Under the pieces are notes generated by a model. It was given only the letters and a program-made list of their open reading frames with translations. It did not search any database and was not told the DNA's origin. From Candidatus Iainarchaeum sp. (GTDB lineage: Archaea > Iainarchaeota > Iainarchaeia > Iainarchaeales > JACQJH01), in NCBI GenBank assembly GCA_016205145.1, contig JACQJH010000002.1, positions 489,696 to 553,695 on the forward strand: a stretch of 64,000 nucleotides of DNA, given 5' to 3'. The position numbers and the translations under genes are program-made. Every line of letters starts with the position of its first letter. The stretch's first letter is position 1. This document shows, in pieces, positions 44,192 through 54,052 of the stretch.

Positions 44192-46276
44192 TTAGCTTTT
44201 GTCCGCCGCATTTCCGGGTGCAGCTTTGCTTTTATCTGAATTGTCGTCCTTCTTTTTCCAGTCCTTTTTCGAGACGCACCCCATGTTCAGGCACATCGTG
44301 TAGGAAAAGCGCTGCGACAAAACCTTCACCATGGGCGCATTGCATTCCTTGCAGAACTCGTTCAACGGGGTTATGCTGCCCTTCTGCGGTAAAGGATACG
44401 AATTCGTGCACTTCGGGTAATTGGAGCAGCCCACGAACCTTTTCCCGGTTTTGCCGTGCCTCAAAATGAGGTTGCCGCCGCAACCATCCTTGTTGCAGGC
44501 GCTGACAATCGAGTCGTCGCGCAAGGCGCTTCTTAAGCCGGCCGCGATGCTGTCGCGGTGCTGGAGCAGTATTCCGAGGTTGGCGAGCAGTGAATCAGTG
44601 CTTTGGTCCACGACCTCCGCTTTCGTCTTCTTTCCCGCCGCAATGAAATCCATTTCGGTTTCAAGGTCGGCAGTGAATTTCGGCCTCACTATTTCCTTGT
44701 CGTATTTTTCAATCGAGTCGATGACCGCAAATGCTATCTTGTTTGGAACAATCGATGACTTGCCGGAAACGTACTTTCTCTGGAACAGCTTCTGGATTAT
44801 CGCGGGCCTTGTCGATTTCGTGCCGAGGTTGTGGCTTTCCATCAGCGAAATGAGCGAGCCCTCCGAATACCGGCCGGGCGGCTCGGTCTGCTTTGAAAGC
44901 AGGTCGAGCTTTTTCAGCAGCACTTCATCTCCTTCGGCGAGCGGCGGCAGTATAACCTCGCTTGCCTTTGAATAAGGATAGAATTCCTTCCAGCCCTTTT
45001 TTATGAAAACCTGGCCCCTTGCGACAAAGGGTTCGTCTTTCATGAGGATTTCCACTGAAAGGTTTTCCGTCTGGGCGTCCTCGGCGAGGGTTGCGAAAAA
45101 GTGCCTGCATACAAGCTCGTAAACCTTCCACTCGTCAGCCGAGATTTTTTCGCGCTGGCACGCCGAAACCGGGTGGATTGGCGGGTGGTCGGTTGTTTCC
45201 TTCGGCCCGCGCGACGGAACAGGCTCTTTTTTTGCCAGAAGCTGTTCTGCCATTGAATGGAATTCGGAAACCTCGCGCAAGGCCTGCAATATCTGCCTCA
45301 GGTCGAGGTTTTTGGGATAGACCGTGTTGTCGGTCCTCGGATACGAAATGAAGCCGTTCGTGTAAAGGCTTTCCGCAAGCGACATTGCCCTGCTTGCGGA
45401 AATGCCGATGCCCGTGGCGGCGCGCAAAAAGCCAGTGGTGTTGAATGGAATCGGCCTGCTAAGCGTCTTTTTCGTCTTTGAAACCTTCGAGACAACGCAT
45501 TTTTCCTGCCTTTTCGCCAGAACCTTTTCGGCTTCCTCCCTTTTCAGGAACCTGCCCTTCTTGTGCGAGGCCTCGAACCCCTTTTTGTCCTTTTCAAACA
45601 ATGCCAAGAGCTCCCAGTAAGGGGTTGACTCGAATTTCATTCTCGCCTTTTCCCTTTCGACTATTAGCCAGAGGGTGGGGCCCTGCACTCTCCCCATTGA
45701 CAGGAATTCCTTGCCCATCCTGCCCGCCATCAGCGAAAGAAATCTTGTGAGAACGGCGCCGAATACAAGGTCTATTTCCCTGCGCGCATCCGCGGAATCC
45801 GCAAAATTGTAGTCTACGTTGCCGAGCCTGGAAAAAGCCTCCTTTATGTCCTTGTCGATTATCGCGGAAAAATTGGCGCGCTTTATTTCGGCCTTGCCGT
45901 TTTTTTCCTTCACAAAGCGCAACGCCTCCACTCCGATGCTTTCGCCTTCCCTGTCGGAATCGGTTGCGACAATCACCGTGTCAACCTGCTGGCCGGCCCT
46001 GCGCAGCAAATCGCAGATGCGCTTTTCCGTTTCAACGTAATCAATCGGCGCCTTCGCCAGCTGCTTCAGGTCGGTGCCAAGCCAGCTTGAAAATTTTTTC
46101 GGGAAGTCCACGTCGACAATGTGGCCGCGCAATGGAACGACCACTGCCTTCCTGCCGGAATAATCGAATTCAAAAAGCTGGGCCATTCCTTCAATCTTCG
46201 TGGCAACCCTGCCGCCGGCAAGGATTTCCGCAATCCTCTTGCCGGCAATGGCCTTTTCGGAAATAATCAGTATCAT
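44192..46276 (-). CDS. topA: DNA topoisomerase, type IA (Topo I/III family) with C-terminal zinc ribbons
   Basis: Start at MILIISEKAIAGKRIAEIL; TOPRIM motif IVATDSDREGE; C-terminal Cys4 ribbons (CNKDGCGG...CSNYPKC, CKECN...CLNMGC). The listed ORF extends 26 codons further upstream. Confidence 0.85.
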   Translation of the reverse strand: MILIISEKAIAGKRIAEILAGGRVATKIEGMAQLFEFDYSGRKAVVVPLRGHIVDVDFPKKFSSWLGTDLKQLAKAPIDYVETEKRICDLLRRAGQQVDTVIVATDSDREGESIGVEALRFVKEKNGKAEIKRANFSAIIDKDIKEAFSRLGNVDYNFADSADARREIDLVFGAVLTRFLSLMAGRMGKEFLSMGRVQGPTLWLIVEREKARMKFESTPYWELLALFEKDKKGFEASHKKGRFLKREEAEKVLAKRQEKCVVSKVSKTKKTLSRPIPFNTTGFLRAATGIGISASRAMSLAESLYTNGFISYPRTDNTVYPKNLDLRQILQALREVSEFHSMAEQLLAKKEPVPSRGPKETTDHPPIHPVSACQREKISADEWKVYELVCRHFFATLAEDAQTENLSVEILMKDEPFVARGQVFIKKGWKEFYPYSKASEVILPPLAEGDEVLLKKLDLLSKQTEPPGRYSEGSLISLMESHNLGTKSTRPAIIQKLFQRKYVSGKSSIVPNKIAFAVIDSIEKYDKEIVRPKFTADLETEMDFIAAGKKTKAEVVDQSTDSLLANLGILLQHRDSIAAGLRSALRDDSIVSACNKDGCGGNLILRHGKTGKRFVGCSNYPKCTNSYPLPQKGSITPLNEFCKECNAPMVKVLSQRFSYTMCLNMGCVSKKDWKKKDDNSDKSKAAPGNAADKS

Positions 46277-46350
46277 CGGAAACAAAGCAAATTCAAGAGC
46301 AAAAGGAATAAAAACCGGAAAGAAAAAACGGCGAACCGCGAAGCCAAAAG

Positions 46351-47097
46351 TCAAAGCCGGGCATTTCCGGAATTAAATTCTATGACCTTATTCCACAGTA
46401 TAGCACCATTTTTGTTACAAAAATCGTTAATGAACTCTCCGGTAAACTTGTTTATAACTTCGCTCTTGCGTTGTCTGAAAGAATCATTGAGTTTTTTAGA
46501 TCGATATCCTATCGGGTCAACTATCAGAATATAGAAATCCTTGGTTCCGCTTATCCTATTCCAGAAATTCTGACCGCACATTTGGGTTATGAAACCTTTC
46601 TTCACCAATGTTTTCTGATTTCCATACGATATGCCCAAAATGCACTGAACATCAGATATATTCCTGTTCTGCTTCACTATACGCATTGCGGTTTTGAAAT
46701 CATTTTCCAATGCTTTCCATTGGCTGCTATTGCCCCAATTCAATCCAGACTTTACAGATACCAGATGTCTCGTTTTCTTTGTTTGAAATTCAAAATCAAT
46801 CCCTGATGCAGAAGATTTCGTTGCGTTAAGGGTTTTTTCCGCGACAAAAATTGCCAAGTGCTCCAAAAATTCTCCAAAAATCTCTTCCTCTGATGAAGAT
46901 AACTTGGCGTCCAGTATAGATGTAACTAGCTCGCTTGCGGTTACAAGATTTTTCGCCCTATATAAGTAAGGATTCTTCCGCTTCAAGAGTTCTTTGAGGC
47001 TTGTTTTTTCCAAACTCTGTAGGCGTGCGGTGTGAAATTCTGCTATGTGTTCTTTCACAAAATCTTCCACTTCGTCCAATTGGATTTTTTTCATCAA
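46351..47097 (-). CDS. putative type II restriction endonuclease (hypothetical, AT-rich)
   Basis: 248-aa ORF immediately downstream of, and overlapping, a DNA methyltransferase in a sharply AT-rich segment. No family-diagnostic motif was recognised; the call rests on context. Confidence 0.45.
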   Translation of the reverse strand: MMKKIQLDEVEDFVKEHIAEFHTARLQSLEKTSLKELLKRKNPYLYRAKNLVTASELVTSILDAKLSSSEEEIFGEFLEHLAIFVAEKTLNATKSSASGIDFEFQTKKTRHLVSVKSGLNWGNSSQWKALENDFKTAMRIVKQNRNISDVQCILGISYGNQKTLVKKGFITQMCGQNFWNRISGTKDFYILIVDPIGYRSKKLNDSFRQRKSEVINKFTGEFINDFCNKNGAILWNKVIEFNSGNARL

Positions 47098-47992
47098 ATA
47101 ACCTCTTTTCTGCTACCTTTTTATATTCTGACAATATGTCAATCATAAGGTAATTTCTGTTGAGCCTAAGGCATGCTACTCCCGTAGTCCCAGAACCTGC
47201 AAAAGGGTCCAAAACCAAATCATTTTCTTTTGTAAATAGGCGGATAAACCACGTCGGGAGGTCAACCGGAAACACAGCACTATGGTTCTTGTTGCCGCAT
47301 TCCGTCGGCATGTGCAGAACATTTGAAGGATAAACTTTGGATTTACCGACCCAGTTTGCTATCTTCTTGCCAAATCCGCTGCCAACCTTTGAGGTGGCGC
47401 GTCTCAAATCACTGGCGCTTAAATTCGCGAGACGCGTTTTGGACCATTCCCCAACAGGCACCATGACCTCTTCCTGATACATTCTGAACTTTTTTGATTT
47501 GTTGAACTGCAGGCACCGTTCCCAAGCATCCCTAAACCTGTTCGGCCACTTGCCAGGGTGGGTATTCTTCTTGTGCCAAATGAACTCTTCAGTCCATAGC
47601 CAACCCTGAGTCTTTAACTCTTTTATCAAATCCAAGACGTAAGTATGGCGTTCCCCGTTTTCAACCCTTTCTTTGATATTAAGAATAAATGTGCCTGTGG
47701 GCTTCAAAACCCGCAAAAATTCTTTTGATTTAGGCAAAAACCATTCCACATATTCATCCGGTGCGATGCCCCCATACGTGTTTTTCCTGCTGTCGGCATA
47801 TGGGGGGGAGGTCACAATGAGATTCACTGAGTTATCGGGAACTTCTTTTAGCATTTGCCCACAGTCGCCAGTGAGATACTGGTTTACGAATGCATTGGGC
47901 GCGTTTTTACCCATATTTTCTATTATGCCGGATTGTCCTATTAAAGCATAGTTATCAGGATAAACCGTTTTTGTTTCAGAACTACCCAACAT
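46958..47992 (-). CDS. DNA methyltransferase, N6-adenine/N4-cytosine class (beta group)
   Basis: 344 aa. Motif IV (N)LIVTSPPY precedes motif I DPFAGSGTTGVA (beta-class order), with a ParB/N-terminal-like target-recognition region. Confidence 0.8.
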   Translation of the reverse strand: MLGSSETKTVYPDNYALIGQSGIIENMGKNAPNAFVNQYLTGDCGQMLKEVPDNSVNLIVTSPPYADSRKNTYGGIAPDEYVEWFLPKSKEFLRVLKPTGTFILNIKERVENGERHTYVLDLIKELKTQGWLWTEEFIWHKKNTHPGKWPNRFRDAWERCLQFNKSKKFRMYQEEVMVPVGEWSKTRLANLSASDLRRATSKVGSGFGKKIANWVGKSKVYPSNVLHMPTECGNKNHSAVFPVDLPTWFIRLFTKENDLVLDPFAGSGTTGVACLRLNRNYLMIDILSEYKKVAEKRLFDEKNPIGRSGRFCERTHSRISHRTPTEFGKNKPQRTLEAEESLLI

Positions 47993-48088
47993 TATCCACC
48001 CATAAAAAATTGCAAAAGTGATTTTTAAATGCTTGCATGGCGGATTTCCGCTCAGATTAAATAAACCGATTGGCGCGGCTACCGCGGA

Positions 48089-48571
48089 CTACAATTTTTT
48101 CTGCAGGCTCTGGCTCGGCAGGATTGCGGTCTTGGAAATTTCCGACATTACGACAAGGGTTTTCACGTCGATTATGCCGTCGACCAGGCCGACCTTGTTT
48201 ATGAGCGATTCCGCGCTTTCAAGGTCGGAAACGACTATTTTTGCGAGAAGGTTGTATTCGCCCAGGACCTGGTAAAGCTCGACAATGGAATCCATTGCCA
48301 GCAGTTTTTTTATCACGTCGCGGTTCTTGGAGATTTCGGAGCGCATCTGCACGTAAATCGGGTTTTCGAAGCCCAGCGCCTTGAAGTTGAGGTTGGCCGT
48401 TATCGATGAGACGATTCCGCGCTTTTTGAGCATTTCAACGCGCTTCTTGATCGCGACGTCCGTCAGCTTCGCCTGGCGGGCAATCGCGGAAAACGACGCC
48501 CTGCCATCCGAAAGCAGCGCTTCCAAAATGATGCGGTCTATCCTGTCAAGCTCGACGCGCCTCAAAACCAA
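48089..48571 (-). CDS. lrp: Lrp/AsnC family transcriptional regulator
   Basis: 160 aa. HTH (DRIDRIILEALLSDGRASFSAIARQAKLTDVAIKKRVEML) plus a RAM domain. Confidence 0.8.
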   Translation of the reverse strand: MVLRRVELDRIDRIILEALLSDGRASFSAIARQAKLTDVAIKKRVEMLKKRGIVSSITANLNFKALGFENPIYVQMRSEISKNRDVIKKLLAMDSIVELYQVLGEYNLLAKIVVSDLESAESLINKVGLVDGIIDVKTLVVMSEISKTAILPSQSLQKKL

Positions 48572-48698
48572 CCCCGTTAACTATTCTAACTACAAGTGCT
48601 TAAAAATTTAGCTTTTCTAAATGCGCCAGCCGGCTTCGGGGGATAGCAAACCAAAAAGCCCGCTGGTGTTTAATCTGTTTGCTGGCAGGATTTATTGT

Positions 48699-50321
48699 AT
48701 GCCGGGCGAAAACGTCGTCATCGACGAAATAATCGAGAAAATCGCAAAGGAATGCGAGGAAGCCAAGGCGACAAAATGGGACATAATCAGGATTGTGAAG
48801 GAACTCGAAAGCGAGAAAGGCGCGGACATGGAAAGCATGCGCCAGAAGGCGCTTGAAATCCTTGAAAGGCTCAATCCGGAAGCGGCGAGGATTTACGCCT
48901 CATTCTACAGGATGTCCGTGCACAACTCCCAGCAGGAAATAAGGCCTTTTGACCGCGGCAACATCGTGAAGTCATTGCTGCGCGAAACAAAGATTTCGAG
49001 GAGCGCGGCCGAAAAAATCGGAAGCGAAGTCGAGGACAGGCTCAAGGACCACAAAATAGCCTATCTTACAACCTCGCTCATCAGGGAAATGGCGAACGCA
49101 AAGCTCCTCGAATACGGCCTTGAAGACGTGCGCAACGAGTACGCGAGGGTCGGGCTGCCGGTGTTCGACTTGGAAAAAAAAATACTCAAAAACGAGACAG
49201 GCCTGGAGGAAGCGTTCGAGGAATTCAGCCTTGTCAGGGCAATCCCAAAAGAGCTCAGCGAACTCCATTTCAATTCCGAAATTTTCATAGACGACCTTGC
49301 GGGCTTCGCGAGCAGGGCGCTCGCATGCTCCGTTTCAGTCGGCAGGCAGAAAACCGCCTTGCACGCGCTCAGGGAATTTTCGATGAAAAGCAGGCAGCTT
49401 GACGGCCTTTTCCTGCACAACGCGTGCTTCGATTCGTTCAACCATTCGTTTTCCGGAAGCCCTGACTGCCAGCAGGCATTCGTTGCGGCTGAAACCTGCC
49501 AGTCGCTGCTGCAGAGAAACGGTTCCAGGGGCTGCATCGGCCTGTCCCTGTTCGCGCCCCCGGAATTGAAGCTCAAGGACGCGGAAAAAAAGGCCGCGGC
49601 AGATTTTGCCGAGGCCTTCGCATCCGAATCCGCGAAAAATCCGCAGGACTGCTTTTCATTGAAGGCATCTGTTGACGACCAGTTCAAGCACAAGCTGTTG
49701 AGCGATGGCGCGAAAAGGAAAATCACGTTCATCAACTGCACCGAACGCAACAACCTTGCGTTCTGCAACGACCTCTGCTCGGAAAAAAACGCAATTCTCT
49801 GCTCGGTTTCAATCAACCTGCACAGGATTTGCCTCGAAAGCCCGCGCAACGAAACAGTGTTTTTTGAGGGCCTGACGGAAAGCATGGCGGCCGCAAAACA
49901 ATTATGCGAACTCAAGGCGGGGCTGCTCGCAAAAAAGCCGGATTTTGAGAAATTCTCGTTCCAGCCCGACGGAATGGAAAAAATAGTTGCCTTGTCGCCG
50001 CCAACCGAGGCGGCCGGCATTCTTGCAGAAAATGCGGATGCCCATGAGCGGGTGGCGTTGGCGGAAAAAATCGTGAAACATGCGATGGCGGAGTTCCCGG
50101 AAGCGCAAATAAGGCCCCTGCATTCCCAGGAAGCCAGGAAGAGATTCCAGAAGGCCTGCAGGGAAAAATTCGGGTTCGAGGCGGAAATGGATGACCGGCC
50201 ACAGCTTTGCCAGAAAAGCGGGTTCCTGGCGAAAAACTTTGTTGCCGTTGCACAGGCGAGGAGCGTCAATGAATTCGAAGAACTGCTGAAAAAAGGCGTG
50301 CCGCTTATAAGGCTCGTTTAA
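48699..50321 (+). CDS. ATP-cone domain-containing protein, uncharacterized (540 aa)
   Basis: Residues about 95-175 match the ATP-cone pattern (RPFDRGNIVKSLL...YLTTSLIREMANAKLLEYGLEDVRNEYARVG). The remaining about 370 aa are Cys-rich with no glycyl-radical or P-loop motif. The start is set at MPGENVVIDEII. Confidence 0.6.
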   Translation: MPGENVVIDEIIEKIAKECEEAKATKWDIIRIVKELESEKGADMESMRQKALEILERLNPEAARIYASFYRMSVHNSQQEIRPFDRGNIVKSLLRETKISRSAAEKIGSEVEDRLKDHKIAYLTTSLIREMANAKLLEYGLEDVRNEYARVGLPVFDLEKKILKNETGLEEAFEEFSLVRAIPKELSELHFNSEIFIDDLAGFASRALACSVSVGRQKTALHALREFSMKSRQLDGLFLHNACFDSFNHSFSGSPDCQQAFVAAETCQSLLQRNGSRGCIGLSLFAPPELKLKDAEKKAAADFAEAFASESAKNPQDCFSLKASVDDQFKHKLLSDGAKRKITFINCTERNNLAFCNDLCSEKNAILCSVSINLHRICLESPRNETVFFEGLTESMAAAKQLCELKAGLLAKKPDFEKFSFQPDGMEKIVALSPPTEAAGILAENADAHERVALAEKIVKHAMAEFPEAQIRPLHSQEARKRFQKACREKFGFEAEMDDRPQLCQKSGFLAKNFVAVAQARSVNEFEELLKKGVPLIRLV

Positions 50322-50328
50322 GCGAAAA

Positions 50329-51078
50329 CTAATGCCTGACGTTGCGCGGCCTCAGCTTCTCGTGGTGCTTTATTATCTCAAACTTCATCATGTAAACGTA
50401 GGTTTTCAGCATTTCCGTGAACGGAACAATGAAAACCAGCACCAAAAACAGCGAAACGAATTTTCCCAACAGCAAAAAGGAGTCGAAGGCGAATTCCAAA
50501 ACCAATGCGGCGGCCATCAGCGCGGTCGGCACAACCAGGGAAACAAGGAACAGCCTCGGGTTCCTGAGCGCGAACTCCGCGCTGCTGTAAACCGAGTTCT
50601 CGACTGATTCCTCGTCCACGACAATCGCCTGCGGCACGAAAAAAACCGCGGATGAAACCAGGAAAACGATTATTGCCGCAACCCAGACCGGAAGGCCCGC
50701 GAAAACAATCCCGAAGGAGACAAGAGAAAGGAAAACCGTGTAGAGAAGGAAAAACGCGAAAAGCTTTGACGAGAACTTCTGCACCATTTCGGACAGGTAG
50801 TATTCGACGCGCATGGAACTCAATTCCTTGCGCACCGAGAAAACCGTCAGGGAAACGAAAAAGGCGAAGACCGCGGTGAAGATTGCGAGAGCCGCGAACT
50901 CAAGTATGAGGATTTCAGGCGAATATGCGTTGAAATTGTAGTCGAAAAGCAGGCTTCCGGATGAAATGAAAACATTGGGAAACAGGGAGAAAACGAATGC
51001 GAAAACGAGGAGGATGGCAAATGCCAGTGCAACCTTGAAGTTCTTTTTGTAAAGCTCGAAAACGTCCGACAAAACCAT
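50329..51078 (-). CDS. hypothetical polytopic membrane protein
   Basis: 249 aa with about 6 hydrophobic helices and no recognisable family motif. Confidence 0.55.
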   Translation of the reverse strand: MVLSDVFELYKKNFKVALAFAILLVFAFVFSLFPNVFISSGSLLFDYNFNAYSPEILILEFAALAIFTAVFAFFVSLTVFSVRKELSSMRVEYYLSEMVQKFSSKLFAFFLLYTVFLSLVSFGIVFAGLPVWVAAIIVFLVSSAVFFVPQAIVVDEESVENSVYSSAEFALRNPRLFLVSLVVPTALMAAALVLEFAFDSFLLLGKFVSLFLVLVFIVPFTEMLKTYVYMMKFEIIKHHEKLRPRNVRH

Positions 51079-51236
51079 GCGAAAACCGGAACAATAATAG
51101 CATCAAAAGGGAATAAAAAACGTGTTGGATGGCTTTCATGGCATTCCAGCCGGATTAACGCGAAGGCCAGAACGCAGCATGCCTTCAACGAAGGCCTTCT
51201 GGCAGGGAACAAAAAAAAGCCGGATTCCCGCGAGGG

Positions 51237-51839
51237 CTAGAAGAAGCCTTTTTCTTCAAGTTTCGCGATTATTGCAGCCGAAGCCCATGCAAGGATGCCG
51301 GACCACATGAACAGCGCGAACGGGCTTGACTGGAAGCGTTCGGAAAAGTTTTCAACCATGAACTGCTTGCCCTGGCTTGCAAGCGATTCGCGCAATGCGT
51401 TGCAGTGGTCGTTTGAAAAGCAGAATGCCTGGCCCTGCGCGCCGGAAAGCTCGACAATGTTCTGCACGTACCAGAAAAACGCGATGTAAAATGCAAGAAA
51501 GCAAAGTATGACAAGGGCGATTGGAAAAACGGGGGAGAGGCCCTGCTTTGTCTCGAAGTAATCGTCGTACCAGCCTATGAAATAATATGCGAGGAAAAAT
51601 CCTGCCAGCGGAACGAGCCAGAACATGAGGCTCTGGAATTCCATGAGCGGCAGAAGGAAGTTGAGCGGCGGAATGTTCTGCACAACCGCGCGGAGGGAAT
51701 CGCGCGCCATGGAAAAGCCCACGAGTATGCCGTAAGAGAAAAGGAAAAGGCAGGCAAAGACTATTTTCCTGCTGGCGGAGCCGCCGCCCTTCTTTTCATT
51801 TGATTCGCCTTTTGACATGCCATCACAAAAAAAAGTCAT
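51237..51839 (-). CDS. hypothetical polytopic membrane protein
   Basis: 200 aa with 4-5 hydrophobic helices and aromatic-rich loops. The start is uncertain (MSKGESNEKK is an alternative). Confidence 0.5.
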   Translation of the reverse strand: MTFFCDGMSKGESNEKKGGGSASRKIVFACLFLFSYGILVGFSMARDSLRAVVQNIPPLNFLLPLMEFQSLMFWLVPLAGFFLAYYFIGWYDDYFETKQGLSPVFPIALVILCFLAFYIAFFWYVQNIVELSGAQGQAFCFSNDHCNALRESLASQGKQFMVENFSERFQSSPFALFMWSGILAWASAAIIAKLEEKGFF

Positions 51840-52180
51840 TTAGCCTTTTCAAGCTTTACAGCCGTGCCGTAAACAAGGAATTCCACGCCGCCTGGAACAA
51901 CTACTGAGGAGACAAAGCGCACGTCAATGATTGCGTCAGCGCCGACAAGCTCAGCGTTCCTCCGCAGCTTTTCAATGGCGTTGTGCCTGACCTCGTCGAA
52001 AAGCGAGGCATATTCCTTTATTTCGCCGCCCCCAAGAAAGCGGAACATCGCCACTATGTCCTTGAAAATTGACCTTGCGCGGATGTCCGAACCCCACACC
52101 AATCCGAGCACTTCGGAAACCCTTTGGCCAGGCAAAGCGCTTGCCGTTATTATCGGCAGGAAATCCTTTTCGTTTTCCAT
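51836..52180 (-). CDS. YbjQ/UPF0145 family protein
   Basis: 114 aa. Family pattern ...GLVWGSDIRARSIFKDIVAMFRFLGGGEIKEY...AELVGADAIIDVRF...VYGTAVK. Confidence 0.7.
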   Translation of the reverse strand: MENEKDFLPIITASALPGQRVSEVLGLVWGSDIRARSIFKDIVAMFRFLGGGEIKEYASLFDEVRHNAIEKLRRNAELVGADAIIDVRFVSSVVVPGGVEFLVYGTAVKLEKAK

Positions 52181-52271
52181 TGCACCACCAAGATATTGGT
52201 CAGGTGGAGTTTTTAATTGTTATCCAGAAGAGTTTTAGATTAGCCCTTGGTGCGGCAAAAAGGTTTTTGGC

Positions 52272-53237
52272 ATGACGATTGAACTGCCCTGGATTGAAAA
52301 ATACAGGCCGACCACGCTGTCCGAAGTAGTGGGCCACGAGGAAATAACCCGGCGCCTGAAAAGCTACGTTGACAGGAAAAACGTGCCCAACCTCATGTTT
52401 TCCGGTCCGGCGGGGGTGGGAAAAACCTCCGCAGCAGTCTCCCTTGCAAAAGAGCTTTACGGAAAAGAATTCGAGCGCAACTTCCTTGAGTTAAACGCGA
52501 GTGATGAAAGGGGCATTGATGTCGTAAGGAACACAATCAAGGACTTTGCGCGGACGCTTGCGTTTGACGCGAACTTCAAAATCATTTTTCTCGACGAAAG
52601 CGACGCCCTGACAACCGATGCGCAGCAGGCCCTTCGCAGGACAATGGAACGGTATACGAGAACGTGCCGCTTCATCCTGTCATGCAACTATTCAAGCAGG
52701 CTGATAGAGCCGATACAGAGCAGGTGCGTTGTTTTCAGGTTCACGCCTTTGCCTGCAACGCAGGTAGCGAACAAGCTTAAGGAAATAGCGGAAAAGGAAA
52801 AAGTTGAAATCGAGGAAGACGCTGTCAAGGCCATGATTTACGTCAGCGAAGGCGACCTGCGAAAGGCGATAAACATTCTGCAGGCGTCGGCAAGCCTTGA
52901 GGGAAAAGTGAAAGAGGAAACAGTTTACAGCGTTTCAAGCCGCGCCAAACCAAAAGAAGTGAGGGAAATGATTGCATTCGGCCTGGAAGGAAAATTCAAG
53001 GAAGCGCGGGAAAAGCTCGACACGCTCATGTTCCAGCACGGAATGTCGGGCGAGGATGTCATAGGCCAGCTTTACAAGGAAACAATGGCTTTGCCGGAAG
53101 AGGAACTGCCAAGCAAAACAAAAATCGAGCTTGCAAACATCATAGGCGAATACAATTTCAGGCTGGTTGAAGGCGGGAACGAGCGCATACAGCTTGAAGC
53201 GCTCCTGGCGCAGTTCGGAAAATTCGCGAAAAAATAG
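52272..53237 (+). CDS. rfcS: replication factor C small subunit
   Basis: 321 aa. The RFC box starts PWIEKYRP, then Walker A SGPAGVGKTS, DEAD-like FLDESD, the SRC motif (SCNYSS) and sensor 2. Confidence 0.9.
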   Translation: MTIELPWIEKYRPTTLSEVVGHEEITRRLKSYVDRKNVPNLMFSGPAGVGKTSAAVSLAKELYGKEFERNFLELNASDERGIDVVRNTIKDFARTLAFDANFKIIFLDESDALTTDAQQALRRTMERYTRTCRFILSCNYSSRLIEPIQSRCVVFRFTPLPATQVANKLKEIAEKEKVEIEEDAVKAMIYVSEGDLRKAINILQASASLEGKVKEETVYSVSSRAKPKEVREMIAFGLEGKFKEAREKLDTLMFQHGMSGEDVIGQLYKETMALPEEELPSKTKIELANIIGEYNFRLVEGGNERIQLEALLAQFGKFAKK

Positions 53238-53273
53238 CTGTTTTTAAATATGCGTTGTAATACAATGTATTAC

Positions 53274-53567
53274 ATGGAAACCGTTTCTTTGAGGCTTGAC
53301 CCGGCTCTGGCGAGGCGCATCGAAAAGGAGATGGCCTCCGCAGGATATTCCACTAAAACCGAATTCATCCGTGAGGCAATACGGAACCGGCTCTCGGAAA
53401 TCGAAGAGCGCAGGAAAGCCGAATGGGAACGGCTGGCGGCAATGCGCGGCATCCTGAAAGGCAAGGGAAAAGCCAAAACGGATGAGGAATTCAGGAAAAT
53501 AAGAATCGAGGCAGCCGAGAAATACATTAATGAATTGGAAAAAAAGTTTGAACTCAATCAAAAATGA
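53274..53567 (+). CDS. ribbon-helix-helix (CopG-like) protein, putative antitoxin
   Basis: Starts METVSLRLDPALARRIEKEM...TKTEFIREAIRNRL, an RHH DNA-binding signature, with a charged C-terminal tail. Confidence 0.55.
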   Translation: METVSLRLDPALARRIEKEMASAGYSTKTEFIREAIRNRLSEIEERRKAEWERLAAMRGILKGKGKAKTDEEFRKIRIEAAEKYINELEKKFELNQK

Positions 53568-53976
53568 CTTCTTCCGGCAAAAGCACTTCAACAATTCCCG
53601 TCAGGCTTTGAAAATGCCCGTCCCTTGAAACCATGACCGCCCTGTTATCCCTCGCGACAAGTGCGTGAAGGATATCGGCATAATGCGCCCCTTTTATCTC
53701 CAGGGAAAGCCTTTTTGCTTCGGAAATCTGCCCCGCGGAAATTTCAAGCCGCAGGATATTCTCATTGAAAGGGGCAAACATTTGCCCAATCCGCTCGCTT
53801 GAATAATCGTGCCCAAGCTCCATGACAACCAAATCAGAATACAAAATAAGCGAATCGTTTTCAACGCACTGTTTCAAAAAATCAAAAGCGAACATTCCAA
53901 GCGGCCTCAACCCGTCACTTCTGTCCTCAAAGTAGTCGCGCCAGACGGAAGTGTCAACGTAAAAGCGCTTTTCCAT
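53554..53976 (-). CDS. PIN domain protein (VapC-like)
   Basis: Start at MEKRFYVDTSVW with conserved PIN acidic residues. It converges on and overlaps the RHH gene by 14 nt. Confidence 0.55.
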   Translation of the reverse strand: MEKRFYVDTSVWRDYFEDRSDGLRPLGMFAFDFLKQCVENDSLILYSDLVVMELGHDYSSERIGQMFAPFNENILRLEISAGQISEAKRLSLEIKGAHYADILHALVARDNRAVMVSRDGHFQSLTGIVEVLLPEEVIFD

Positions 53977-54052
53977 GACCGCTTTGGCAGGCAACACGCA
54001 TTAAAAGGCTTGGTGAATTTCGGCGATTGCAGAAGCGCATTGCCGCAAAAAG

